Positions 8,736-18,100 of a DNA stretch of 30,542 bases are shown here, one piece after another; position 1 is the first letter of the stretch, and each line of letters starts with the position of its first letter. The stretch is taken from NCBI GenBank assembly GCA_964293715.1, contig CAXZAB010000001.1, forward strand, positions 1 through 30,542. Direction: 5' to 3'. Position numbers and translations under genes: made by a program. The DNA comes from an uncultured bacterium (GTDB taxonomy: Bacteria > Cloacimonadota > Cloacimonadia > Cloacimonadales > Cloacimonadaceae). The notes under the pieces were generated by a model. That model ran no database searches and had not been told where the DNA came from. It worked only from the letters and a program-made list of their open reading frames with translations.

Positions 8736-9907
8736 TGATGAACAAAAAACCGCGAATCCTGCTCTGTGTATGTGGCGGCATTGCTGCCTACAAGGTCATA
8801 GACTTGGCCAGCCAGCTCTACAAGGGCGGCTATGAGATTCGCACCATCCTCACCGCAGCGGCTCAGCAATTTGTGAGCCCGCTCAATTTTGCCGCCATTA
8901 CCCATTCCTCTGTGCACAGCTCTTTGTGGGAAGATGCAGACCCTATTCCGCATATCTCTTTGGCAGATTGGGCAGATCTGATCGTGGTGGCACCGGCTAC
9001 AGCCAATGCTCTGGCAAAATCTGCACACGGGCTGGCCGATGATCTGCTTTCTAGTGTGCTGATTGCTCATACGAAACCGATTTTATGGGTACCGGCAATG
9101 AACGTAAATATGTACTCAAATCCTGCCACACAGGCCAATCTTAGTATTTTACGGGAACGTGGACACCACATTCTGGAGCCCGCCACCGGCATGCTGGCCT
9201 GCGCCTATGAAGGCAAGGGAAAATATCCGCCCAATTTTGAAGTGTTTTATGCCATCCGCAGCTATCTTCATTCTGGAAAAGACCTTACCGGTAAGAAGGT
9301 AATGGTAACCGCCGGAGCCAGTGTGGAAAACATCGATCCCATGCGCATGATTACAAACCGTTCTTCCGGCAAGATGGGGATTGCCCTGGCCCGGGCTTTA
9401 AGCCTGCGTGGCGCCCAGGTGAGCCTGATCTATGCTCAGGTGACACAGGACATACCCTATCATCTTTATGAAGCTGTGCAGGCCTTATCTGTGGATGAGA
9501 TGTACAACCAGGTGATGGCCCGAGCCGGGAAGATGGATTGGATCATCAAATGTGCCGCTGTATCGGACTACAAGCCCAAAACAGCTTATGCAGACAAGCT
9601 CAAAAAAGGCGGAAATCTGACCCTGGAATTAAGTTCTACCCCCGATATTTTAGCAGAGCTTGGAAAAATCAAAAGTCCCGGGCAAAAGCTGATCGGCTTT
9701 GCCGCCGAGACCCAGGACCTGGCGGAAAATGCGCTTAAGAAACTGAAGAGCAAGCATCTTGATCTCATTATTGCCAATCATTTGAGCAACGCCGGGAAAA
9801 GCACCAATGCCATTCAGATTATCTCTGATAAAGCCGAGCCTTTGCACCTTGAAGGCGACAAATTTGAGCTTGCTCATCTAATAATAGACCGGATACTTAA
9901 GCTATGA
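8735..9907 (+). CDS. coaBC: Bifunctional phosphopantothenoylcysteine decarboxylase / phosphopantothenate-cysteine ligase
   Basis: GGIAAYK, HISLADWADLIVVAPATANALAK, PAMNVNMY, LACAYEGKGK, VTAGASVENIDPMRMITNRSSGKMG, AAVSDYKP, IGFAAET. Start taken at the ATG of the TGATG overlap (8735). Confidence 0.96.
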   Translation: MMNKKPRILLCVCGGIAAYKVIDLASQLYKGGYEIRTILTAAAQQFVSPLNFAAITHSSVHSSLWEDADPIPHISLADWADLIVVAPATANALAKSAHGLADDLLSSVLIAHTKPILWVPAMNVNMYSNPATQANLSILRERGHHILEPATGMLACAYEGKGKYPPNFEVFYAIRSYLHSGKDLTGKKVMVTAGASVENIDPMRMITNRSSGKMGIALARALSLRGAQVSLIYAQVTQDIPYHLYEAVQALSVDEMYNQVMARAGKMDWIIKCAAVSDYKPKTAYADKLKKGGNLTLELSSTPDILAELGKIKSPGQKLIGFAAETQDLAENALKKLKSKHLDLIIANHLSNAGKSTNAIQIISDKAEPLHLEGDKFELAHLIIDRILKL

Positions 9908-10623
9908 ATGCTTTAATGATTACCGGGGCCAATTCACAGATCGGCAGCTATCTGGCCCGCCAATACGAAGCTGAAGGAAGAGACCTCATTCTCTTATATC
10001 ATAAAAACGACCATCGCATAGCGGATCTCAAATCCTTGAAACTCGCTGTGGATCTTAGAGACCTTAAGGCTTTGCAAAAGCTGGTCTCAGAACTGGACGG
10101 CGATATCGGTGGGCTCATCCACTGCTCTGCTATTCGTAGTGAAGATGCGCAGCCTTTGGCTGAGACGGATCCGCTGCAATTCAAACGGGTCTTTGATGAC
10201 AACTTTTACCCTGCTTATAATGTTTTAAAAGCCCTCTTGCCACAAATGCTGGCCCAACATTTTGGACGTGTGATCTTATTCAGTTCGGAAGTTACACGCA
10301 GCGGCCTGGTGAATGGCTCCGCTTATGCAGCCTCCAAAGCTGCCATAGCGAATATGGCGAAAAGCGCGGCTTTGGAATGCGCTTCGCTCAACGTTTTGAT
10401 AAATTGTATCTCGCCGGGGCCAGTGGAAACCGAGCTGGAAGAAGATTTCAGCGGCACCTATCTGGCTTTCCGTAAGTCTTATTTTGCCGAGCATCTCGCC
10501 AAAACGGCATCCCATCAATTAATCTCCACTGCTGAGATCAAGCAGGTTGCCGATTTTCTGATTTCAGAAGAGATTAGAACCCTGTGCGGCGAAGAAATCT
10601 TCCTTACTGGGGGAAAATTATGA
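9904..10623 (+). CDS. Short-chain dehydrogenase/reductase (SDR) with atypical glycine-rich loop
   Basis: ITGANSQIG, catalytic YAASK, FSS, INCISPG, C-terminal TGG; ATGA overlap with coaBC. Confidence 0.85.
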   Translation: MNALMITGANSQIGSYLARQYEAEGRDLILLYHKNDHRIADLKSLKLAVDLRDLKALQKLVSELDGDIGGLIHCSAIRSEDAQPLAETDPLQFKRVFDDNFYPAYNVLKALLPQMLAQHFGRVILFSSEVTRSGLVNGSAYAASKAAIANMAKSAALECASLNVLINCISPGPVETELEEDFSGTYLAFRKSYFAEHLAKTASHQLISTAEIKQVADFLISEEIRTLCGEEIFLTGGKL

Positions 10624-11372
10624 AAAAGCTTTTATTTCTGGCAATCTTGCTCGTCAGCCTTAGTCTGCATGCCGAGGCCTTTATGGATGGTGAAAAGCTA
10701 ACCTTTAAAGTGAAATACGGCATCATCAGTGCCGCGGAAGCCACTCTGGAGGCCCGCACCTCTGTGTATCAGGGTACTCCCGTCTGGTATCTCAGCACAA
10801 ACGCCAAGACTTACTCTTTCTTTGACAAATTCTTTAGAGTGCGGGACCGGGTGGAATCCTGGTGGAACAAAGAATCCCATTTGCCCCACAAATTTGCCAA
10901 AAACCTGCATGAGGGTAATTACCGACAGCACCGGGTGCATATTTACGATCATCCCGCCGCTGCCACCACCTATCAGAGATGGTCCTTCAAGGAAGGCATC
11001 TTCAATAATTCCGAGATGGATATGCCCCGCGATTCCCAGGATATCTTAAGTGCATTTTACTATGTGCGGAATCAGGATCTGCAGGTGGGCAAAAGCGTGA
11101 TGGTAAACATCACTGCCGATGGCCGGAATATGCTTACCGAAGTAGTGGTTCATCGCAAAGAAAAGCTCAAAACTATTTTTGGCGAGGTAGAATGCCTGGT
11201 GATAGAACCCAAACTGCGTGGTGAAGCTCTCTTTAAGCAGACCGGAAACATCTATATCTGGCTCACAAACGATCAATATAAAATCCCGGTGAAGCTGGAA
11301 AGCAAAATCAGCTTTGGCAGCTTTGTTGCCACTCTGGAAAGTGCACAGAAGGTTCCCCTTAAATTGAAATAA
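10620..11372 (+). CDS. DUF3108-domain exported protein
   Basis: Start at ATG 10620 (ATGA overlap) gives signal peptide MKKLLFLAILLVSLSLHA; GEKLTFKVKYG, DILSAFYYVR, IWLTND..KIPVKLE. Confidence 0.8.
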   Translation: MKKLLFLAILLVSLSLHAEAFMDGEKLTFKVKYGIISAAEATLEARTSVYQGTPVWYLSTNAKTYSFFDKFFRVRDRVESWWNKESHLPHKFAKNLHEGNYRQHRVHIYDHPAAATTYQRWSFKEGIFNNSEMDMPRDSQDILSAFYYVRNQDLQVGKSVMVNITADGRNMLTEVVVHRKEKLKTIFGEVECLVIEPKLRGEALFKQTGNIYIWLTNDQYKIPVKLESKISFGSFVATLESAQKVPLKLK

Positions 11373-12415
11373 TGAAGCCAGATCTCCTTAGCAAGGCGGC
11401 TTACCATTACGATCTACCGCAGAATTTGATCGCCCAATATCCTCTTTCCAAACGGGATCAATCCCGCCTTATGCATCTTAACCGAACCGCCCGCAGTATC
11501 GCAGACCGACAGTTCAAAGACCTTACAGAGGTTTTGCAACCTGGCGATCTGCTGGTCTTGAACAACAGCCGGGTATTTCCGGCTCGTCTGTTTGGTTACA
11601 AAGCCAATGGAGTGAAAATCCAGGTGCTGCTGCTGTTTCCTTGTGATGAAGAAAATACCTGGAAATGCCTTTTGCTACCCGGCAAAAGAGTGAAGCAAGA
11701 GCAGTGGCTCACCTTTTCGGAAAATCTGAAAGGCCTGGTCTATCCGGAAGACTACGATGGTATGCGTAAGATCAAATTGAGTTTTGAGGGAGATTTTTGG
11801 CAAGAGATTGAAAAAATCGGCCATATCCCGCTTCCTCCCTATATCAACCGCCCCGATGAACAAAGCGACCGGGGACGCTATCAAACCGTGTATGCCTCAC
11901 AGAGCGGATCTGTGGCAGCTCCCACTGCCGGTCTCCACTTTACCCCAGAACTGCTCCAAAAACTAAAAGACAAAGGTGTACTTTTTACAGAATTGACCTT
12001 GCACGTAGGCATTGGCACTTTTCGTCCGGTGAAAACAGAAAGAATAGATGAGCACATTATGCACAGTGAATGTGTAGAAATTTCCACAACCGCCGCTGAG
12101 GCTGTAAACAAGGCCAAACGTGAAGGGCGCCGGGTAATTGCCGTAGGCACCACCAGTGTGAGAAGTCTGGAATCCTTCTGGAACGGCGAAAAACTGCTTG
12201 ACGGAAATCGTTGGACAGATATTTTTATTTATCCGGGTTATAAGTTTTGCGTACCGGACGCAATCATTACGAACTTTCATCTGCCGGAATCCACTTTGCT
12301 GATGATGATTTCGGCTTTTGCGGGTTACGATTTTATAATGGAGGCTTACCAGCAGGCTGTCGCCAAGCGCTACCGCTTTTTTAGCTATGGCGATGCTATG
12401 TTGATAGACTTATGA
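11372..12415 (+). CDS. queA: S-adenosylmethionine:tRNA ribosyltransferase-isomerase
   Basis: YDLPQNLIAQYP, LVLNNSRVFPARL, GHIPLPPYI, YQTVYA, GSVAAPTAGLHFT, TLHVGIGTFRPV, AVGTTSVRSLE, TNFHLPEST, YRFFSYGDAM. Confidence 0.98.
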   Translation: MKPDLLSKAAYHYDLPQNLIAQYPLSKRDQSRLMHLNRTARSIADRQFKDLTEVLQPGDLLVLNNSRVFPARLFGYKANGVKIQVLLLFPCDEENTWKCLLLPGKRVKQEQWLTFSENLKGLVYPEDYDGMRKIKLSFEGDFWQEIEKIGHIPLPPYINRPDEQSDRGRYQTVYASQSGSVAAPTAGLHFTPELLQKLKDKGVLFTELTLHVGIGTFRPVKTERIDEHIMHSECVEISTTAAEAVNKAKREGRRVIAVGTTSVRSLESFWNGEKLLDGNRWTDIFIYPGYKFCVPDAIITNFHLPESTLLMMISAFAGYDFIMEAYQQAVAKRYRFFSYGDAMLIDL

Positions 12416-13131
12416 AAGAAAGATCTTATTTTTATTATGGCGAACTCGATAGCACGATGCTGGAGTATAGACGGCTACAGGACTGTTGCGAGGGCCTCAT
12501 CTGTGTGCGTACAAACACGCAGGATGATGGCAAAGGCAGAGGCGACAAGGTTTGGCTGTCTCCCCCCGGGGGCTTATGGTTTACGTTTGATTTCAAGTAT
12601 CCGGAGTCCGTGCCTTCTTTTGCACTCTTCATAGGTTACTGTCTGCACCGTGAACTTATCCGGCTTTTTGCCCCGCTGAATGGTGCTTTGCAAATCAAGT
12701 GGACAAACGACATTATGTACAGTGGCAAGAAACTTGGCGGCATTCTCTGTAAGCATCATCCCGGCCATTATGTGATAGGAATCGGCATAAATACAAATAA
12801 TGAAATCGACTCGGAATTAGGCAAATTTGGCGCCACCGGCCTGAAACAGATCTTAGGATGCGAGATCTCAAACGAGCAGCTCTGCTATAGCCTCATCGAG
12901 GCGGTGGAGAGTCAGGAAAAGATTTTATCACATAGCATTACCTATATCACCTATTGCAATGAACAGCTTTTTGGCAGAAACCGTGTAGCGCACATAGATG
13001 TGGGCACAGCCCCTTACGATGCTGAGATTTTAGGAATAGACCTCACCGGCGCCCTGATTATCAGAAAAAGCAAGGGAGAAATCATCAATTTACACAACGG
13101 TTCAATCTTGGGTCTGCAAGCTTTTTCTTGA
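12412..13131 (+). CDS. birA: Biotin-[acetyl-CoA-carboxylase] ligase, group I (no N-terminal HTH)
   Basis: QDDGKGRGDKVWLSPPGGLWFT, IKWTNDI, KKLGGIL, VIGIGIN, C-terminal SH3-like GIDLTGALII; only 239 aa, starts directly at the catalytic domain. Confidence 0.9.
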   Translation: MKERSYFYYGELDSTMLEYRRLQDCCEGLICVRTNTQDDGKGRGDKVWLSPPGGLWFTFDFKYPESVPSFALFIGYCLHRELIRLFAPLNGALQIKWTNDIMYSGKKLGGILCKHHPGHYVIGIGINTNNEIDSELGKFGATGLKQILGCEISNEQLCYSLIEAVESQEKILSHSITYITYCNEQLFGRNRVAHIDVGTAPYDAEILGIDLTGALIIRKSKGEIINLHNGSILGLQAFS

Positions 13132-13155
13132 CAGATAGCCCCAAACCAAAACATT
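13128..13155 (+). promoter_or_regulatory. Putative promoter of the TPR lipoprotein gene; the -35 contains the birA stop codon
   Basis: TTGACA (13128-13133, includes TGA 13129-13131), 16 nt spacer, AACATT (13150-13155); SD GGAGG at 13188-13192. Confidence 0.45.
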
Positions 13156-13197
13156 GTGATAGAACATAAAATTAATATATGGACCCTGGAGGATCTA

Positions 13198-14856
13198 ATG
13201 AACAGATTGTTGCTGATGGCCATGGTTACCTTGGTGCTGTTTTCAGCCTGCTCGGTAAATAGTGGCTTACCACAACCTACAGAACCGACCGAAGCCTTTA
13301 CTGGAATTCCCACAAAAGTAGCTATACTACCACTTAAGACCATGGATGCGAGAAGCCGTAATATTCGCAAAATCCTCGAAGTTCGTGATTTAGAGTATGT
13401 ATTTACCGCTTATCCTCAATTTGAATTGATGGATATGGAAGAAGTAAACCGTCAATTTAAAACCTTTGGCAGCCCGGATGTCGATGATATGCTTCCCGAA
13501 GAAATGCAGGAAGTAGCAGACGATTTGGGCGTCAATGTGCTGATTACCGGTAATATCTCAGCTACACGCGCAGATCTTTTTGCCATTGCTATGAAGTTTT
13601 ACAGCACGCGTACCCAGGAATTGCGTCAGGTAAACTTCAACGTACCCAATGTCAAAGAACAACGTTGGGCTATGCTGAACAAATCTCTTATGACCGATCT
13701 GGATAGCTTCATTTCTACTGAAGTGGACAAAATCTTCAACTTTGCTACAAACTTTTATGCCGCCGGCAATTACCCTGCGGCGGAACAACAGCTTCAGACC
13801 GCTATTGGCTTGGATCCTGAAAACATAGAGGCATATTACTATCTCGGTGCCACCTATTACAAAACAGATCGTTATGATCTGGCCGAAGATAATTTTAACC
13901 ATGCTCTTACGATCGATCCCACTCACTTTAAGAGCCTCGTGATGATGAACGAAATGTATGAGAAAACCGGTGATGACCTCAAGCGCATCGTCGTGATGGA
14001 AAAAATCGCCGCGATCAACGAAGACGCAGAATTGTGGCTGGCCATCGGTAATCTTTATGCTGAAGCGAACAAACTGGAAAAAGCTCAGAGCGCCTTTGAA
14101 AACGCTCTTGAGATAGACGCGGACAATCCTTTGGTAAAAGCCCGTCTGGCCTTCCTGCTTTATGATCAGCAGCGTTTCGTAGATGCCCTTCCTTATCTGG
14201 AAAGTGCCTATGACAGTTTCCCGGAAAATGATCTGATCTCCAGACGCCTGGCTGTAGCATATCAGCGCAGCGGCCGTATGGATCAAGCCATTGCCCGTTA
14301 CGAATCTTTGATCGAAAGTAATCCTACAAACGTGCAAGCCTATCTGAACGTGGTGAGCTTATATCGCAACCAGGCTCAGGAAGCTTCCAGTCAGGAAGAG
14401 AAAAACACGATCAACGCCAAGGCCATATCTACCATGCGTAAATTGATTGCCGTGGATAGCGATAATGCCATGAGCTATCTCAATCTGGCCAGCATCTATC
14501 TGGCTCAGAGCAAATACGCAGACGCTGAAACCAATGCCACTGCTACTTTGCAAAGAGACCCCAGTCTCTATCAACCTTATGTAATCTTGGCTACAGTAAG
14601 CCAATCCAGAGGGACCACAGAGTACAACCGCTTTGTAGACTTGGAAAAACGCGCTTCCTCCGCAGTAGGACGCCAGGCTACCCAGCTTTCCAAGGATCGT
14701 GATGCTGCAAAATCCTCTGCCAATGCTCATTTCCGTAACGCAGTGCAGCAGCTTACCACAGCCCGCACCTTGACCGTCGAACCAGAAAGTCTGGCCGATA
14801 TCAACAACCGTTTGTCGGTGCTGAACAATCTGGTAAGTCAAACCACCGTTTATTAA
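13198..14856 (+). CDS. Lipoprotein with CsgG/FlgO-like N-terminal domain followed by TPR repeats
   Basis: Start at ATG 13198 (GGAGG upstream); lipobox LFSAC (Cys18); KVAILPL...LGVNVLITGNIS pattern; TPR repeats (AYYYLGATYY, LWLAIGNLY, AYLNVVSLY, SYLNLASIY). Confidence 0.85.
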   Translation: MNRLLLMAMVTLVLFSACSVNSGLPQPTEPTEAFTGIPTKVAILPLKTMDARSRNIRKILEVRDLEYVFTAYPQFELMDMEEVNRQFKTFGSPDVDDMLPEEMQEVADDLGVNVLITGNISATRADLFAIAMKFYSTRTQELRQVNFNVPNVKEQRWAMLNKSLMTDLDSFISTEVDKIFNFATNFYAAGNYPAAEQQLQTAIGLDPENIEAYYYLGATYYKTDRYDLAEDNFNHALTIDPTHFKSLVMMNEMYEKTGDDLKRIVVMEKIAAINEDAELWLAIGNLYAEANKLEKAQSAFENALEIDADNPLVKARLAFLLYDQQRFVDALPYLESAYDSFPENDLISRRLAVAYQRSGRMDQAIARYESLIESNPTNVQAYLNVVSLYRNQAQEASSQEEKNTINAKAISTMRKLIAVDSDNAMSYLNLASIYLAQSKYADAETNATATLQRDPSLYQPYVILATVSQSRGTTEYNRFVDLEKRASSAVGRQATQLSKDRDAAKSSANAHFRNAVQQLTTARTLTVEPESLADINNRLSVLNNLVSQTTVY

Positions 14857-14878
14857 ATTAGAACTTCCAATTAGATCT

Positions 14879-14908
14879 GAAGCCGCTCCCTTGGGTGCGG
14901 CTTCTTTT
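14879..14908 (+). terminator. Rho-independent terminator
   Basis: GAAGCCGC (14879-14886) / GCGGCTTC (14897-14904) followed by TTTT. Confidence 0.8.
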
Positions 14909-14955
14909 ACTTAGCAAGAATTGGTCAAACTTCACTTTTGCCAGAACTTCCGCTC

Positions 14956-15058
14956 TTACGCTCTTTATGGCTCCCCTTACTCTTTGACTCAAGTTGAAAA
15001 CAAGTCTGAAGCAATTTCATCCCTTAAGCACGAGCCAAAGTGGGGGAGATGGGCGTAA
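14956..15058. repeat. Long imperfect intergenic inverted repeat (REP/MITE-like candidate)
   Basis: TTACGC (14956-61) / GCGTAA (15053-58); CTCCCC (14971-76) / GGGGAG (15043-48); CTTTGACTC (14982-90) / GAGCCAAAG (15032-40, 8 of 9 paired). Confidence 0.4.
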
Positions 15059-15181
15059 CTCCTGAAAAATATACTTAATTGATGACCTAAGCTACAATTC
15101 ATGCCATATTTGTTGTGTTTTGGAATACCTCTTGCATACTATAATTGCAGATGTAAAAGCAAGATACAAAAAGGTTGTAAT

Positions 15182-18100
15182 ATGAAAAAACTTTCACTTA
15201 GTCTTGTCATGGTTTGCACGTTAATGGTGCTTACCGCCGGAATCACACACAGTTATGAATTTTCAAACCCGGAATTTGTCAAAACGGACAAAGGCATTCA
15301 GCTTAGTTTGGATGGAGCCCGGAGTTTTGGCGATCCAAGCGAACCAGATTTACCCTGGTTTGGCTATAAATTACTTTTACCGGCTGGGTCTGAAGCCTCT
15401 GAGGTCGTGGTAAAACGCTATGGCGAGATTCGCTATAGTCTGGACGATATCATTGTTCCTGTCCAAACCCAGTATCCCTTATCCCATAGCAAGATTGAAG
15501 CTTGGGACGAACCTAATGAAGAGATATACCATTCCTCTGCGATCTTCCCCTACAAGGCAGAGAAAGGGCTTACCACAGAGTTTTTGAACGGGCATCCCAT
15601 AGCCTTTGGAGCATTCTCTCCTTTTGATTACAATCCCCAGGCTAATGAATTGGTGTTTTATTCCAGAATTGAAGTGGAAGTGAATTATATAGGCACATCC
15701 AAAGCTATGGCCGCGATGGATTTACTCAAAAAAGATGCTTTTATCATGCAGAGGCTCAAAAACAGTGTGGATAATGCCTCTCAGATTCCCAATTACAATT
15801 ATGCCAGAGAGACCGGATACGAATATCTGATGATCATAGCTGCCGAAAAGGCAGCGCAATGGCAGCCTCTGGCGGATTTTTATGAAGGTCGCGGCATCTC
15901 TGTAAAGCTGAAAGCCGTAGAGCAAATATATACCGAGCTGACAGGGCGGGATCAACAGGAAAAAATCCGCAATTACATCATAGGTTTCTATGATGAAAAC
16001 CCCTTGCGCTATGTGCTGCTGGGTGGAGATACAGACGTGATTCCGCATCGCGGATTATACGTTTCGATGGGTTCAGACAATACCGATGCCGATATCCCGG
16101 CGGATATGTATTATTCCTGCCTGGACGGGTCTTGGAATGATAACAATAATGCTTATTGGGGTGAACCTTTGGAAGCCGATCTTGCTCCCGAAGTTGCTAT
16201 AGGAAGAATCTGCTATAACAGCGATGCCGAAATAGCAAATCAGATCAATAAAATCTTCATGTATCAGGTGGCTCCCGTGGAAAGTCAGCTCAAACGCGCT
16301 GCTTTTGTGGGAGAATGGCTGTGGGAAGGACCTACCTGGGCCGCAGATTATATGGATGAAATGATCGGTGGCTCCAATCATCACGGTTATACCACGGTGG
16401 GCGTGCCTACATCCTGGGATATTGAAACTCTTTACGATCGCACATCCGGACAGGCTGATTCCTGGGGTCCCGCTCAAATCCGTCCTCTTTTATCCAGCGG
16501 ACCGAACCTCGTGAATCATTTGGGACACTCCTATACGGATTACAATATGAGGCTGTCAAACAATCAGGTTTCAGCCACCAGCATCTCCAATGACGGTGCT
16601 GCTCAGAACTTTTCCATTTACTTCACTCAGGGCTGTTATGCTGGCAGCTTTGACAACCGGGGTACCAATCCTAATTCCTATGGGGCGGATTGCATCACGG
16701 AGAAATTTACCAGTCTGCCTACTTCCGCTGCCGGGATGATTTCCCATTCCCGTTATGGCTGGGGAGTGCAGGGCTCTACCAATGGAGCGAGCCAGTATTT
16801 TCACAGGGAATATCTCGATGCCATCTTTGGAGAAGGGATTCACGCTCTGGGTTACACGCTGGTAGATTCCAAAATCGACAACATCCCCTTCATCACAGGT
16901 AATCCTGTAATGTATTGGGTATCCTATCAGACCAATCTTTTTGGCTGCCCCGTAACCAGTATCTGGAGCGATACCCCCTCTGCAATGACGGTGAATCTCC
17001 CCTCTACCTGGTTGGCAGGATTGAACCAATATGTGCTTCAAACCAATGCTCCCTACGCAGAGCTCAAGATCAAACAAGGCACAGATATGCTGTATGAAGA
17101 TATCGCCGACGAATCTGGCATCATAAATATCGATATGCTGGAAAGCCTTACTCCCGGATCTTATATGCTCTATCTTACGGCGCCAAACTTTTATCCCAGT
17201 AGCCACACTATCTTTGTAACTGCCAGTGATATGCCTTACATAGTGTGTGATAACGTAATGACTTCCGATGAAGACGGCGTTTTGCACACCGGCGAAGAAT
17301 TGGAGATTTCCATGACTGTCAAAAACCTGGGGATGGTAGATCAGAGCAGCGGAGGCACGATCACTCTCAGCAGTGTGTCCGAAAATATCCAGATTTTGCA
17401 GGGTGAATACCACTTTAACGGCGTGAGTGCGTCAGACAGCCTGTATGCAGAAAATGCTTTTCAGATCAAGATCGTGGGCTCTTTTGGAGATCGCGCCGGA
17501 GCTACTTTAACCTTCAATACCGTGTATGATGACTTTGCCACGGATTCTTTCCACCGCCTGGAGCTGGCCGCTCCGATTTTGGATGTATTTAATTACACCG
17601 TGCACAATAGTGGCGCCTATGCCATGCCAGGGGATACTTCGCAGATCAGTTTCAAAGTCCAAAATACGGGTAGCGGGACAGCCTTTAGCCCGCTAATGAT
17701 GCTGTTTACCAGCGATAGCACGATCAATACCAGCGTCTATGATCTGGCCCTGCCAGTGGTAGCGAGTGGCGAATATATCGAAGTCGATGATGCCTTTTCG
17801 GTATATATCACCGAAGCTGCCCAGTTAGGAACCAGCGTTTTGGTTTCTTACATGCTTTCTTCCGAGAATGGCCTGGTAGCGGAAGGCAGTTTCACCATCC
17901 ACGTCGGTATGATGAATTACGATTTTGAGCCGGATATGCAAGAATGGGTAAGCATAGATATCAACCAGAGCTTTGTGAATCAGTGGCATCGCAGTAGTGC
18001 CAACAACGCCACTACCGGCGGCAGCTATTCCATGAAATTTGGTGGAGCAGGTTCTGCTCAATACGCGGGCAGCGCTTATGGCGCCTTGATTTCTCCGGAG

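Noticed and set aside
12412-13131. birA as a truncated pseudogene
   Set aside because: HTH-less group I biotin ligases are a normal class; the catalytic motifs and C-terminal domain are intact.
15101-15181. Longer N-termini given by the ORF track (also 2083, 10584, 13156, 24936, 27355)
   Set aside because: Downstream ATGs have SD sequences or stop/start overlaps and give clean signal peptides or family N-termini.
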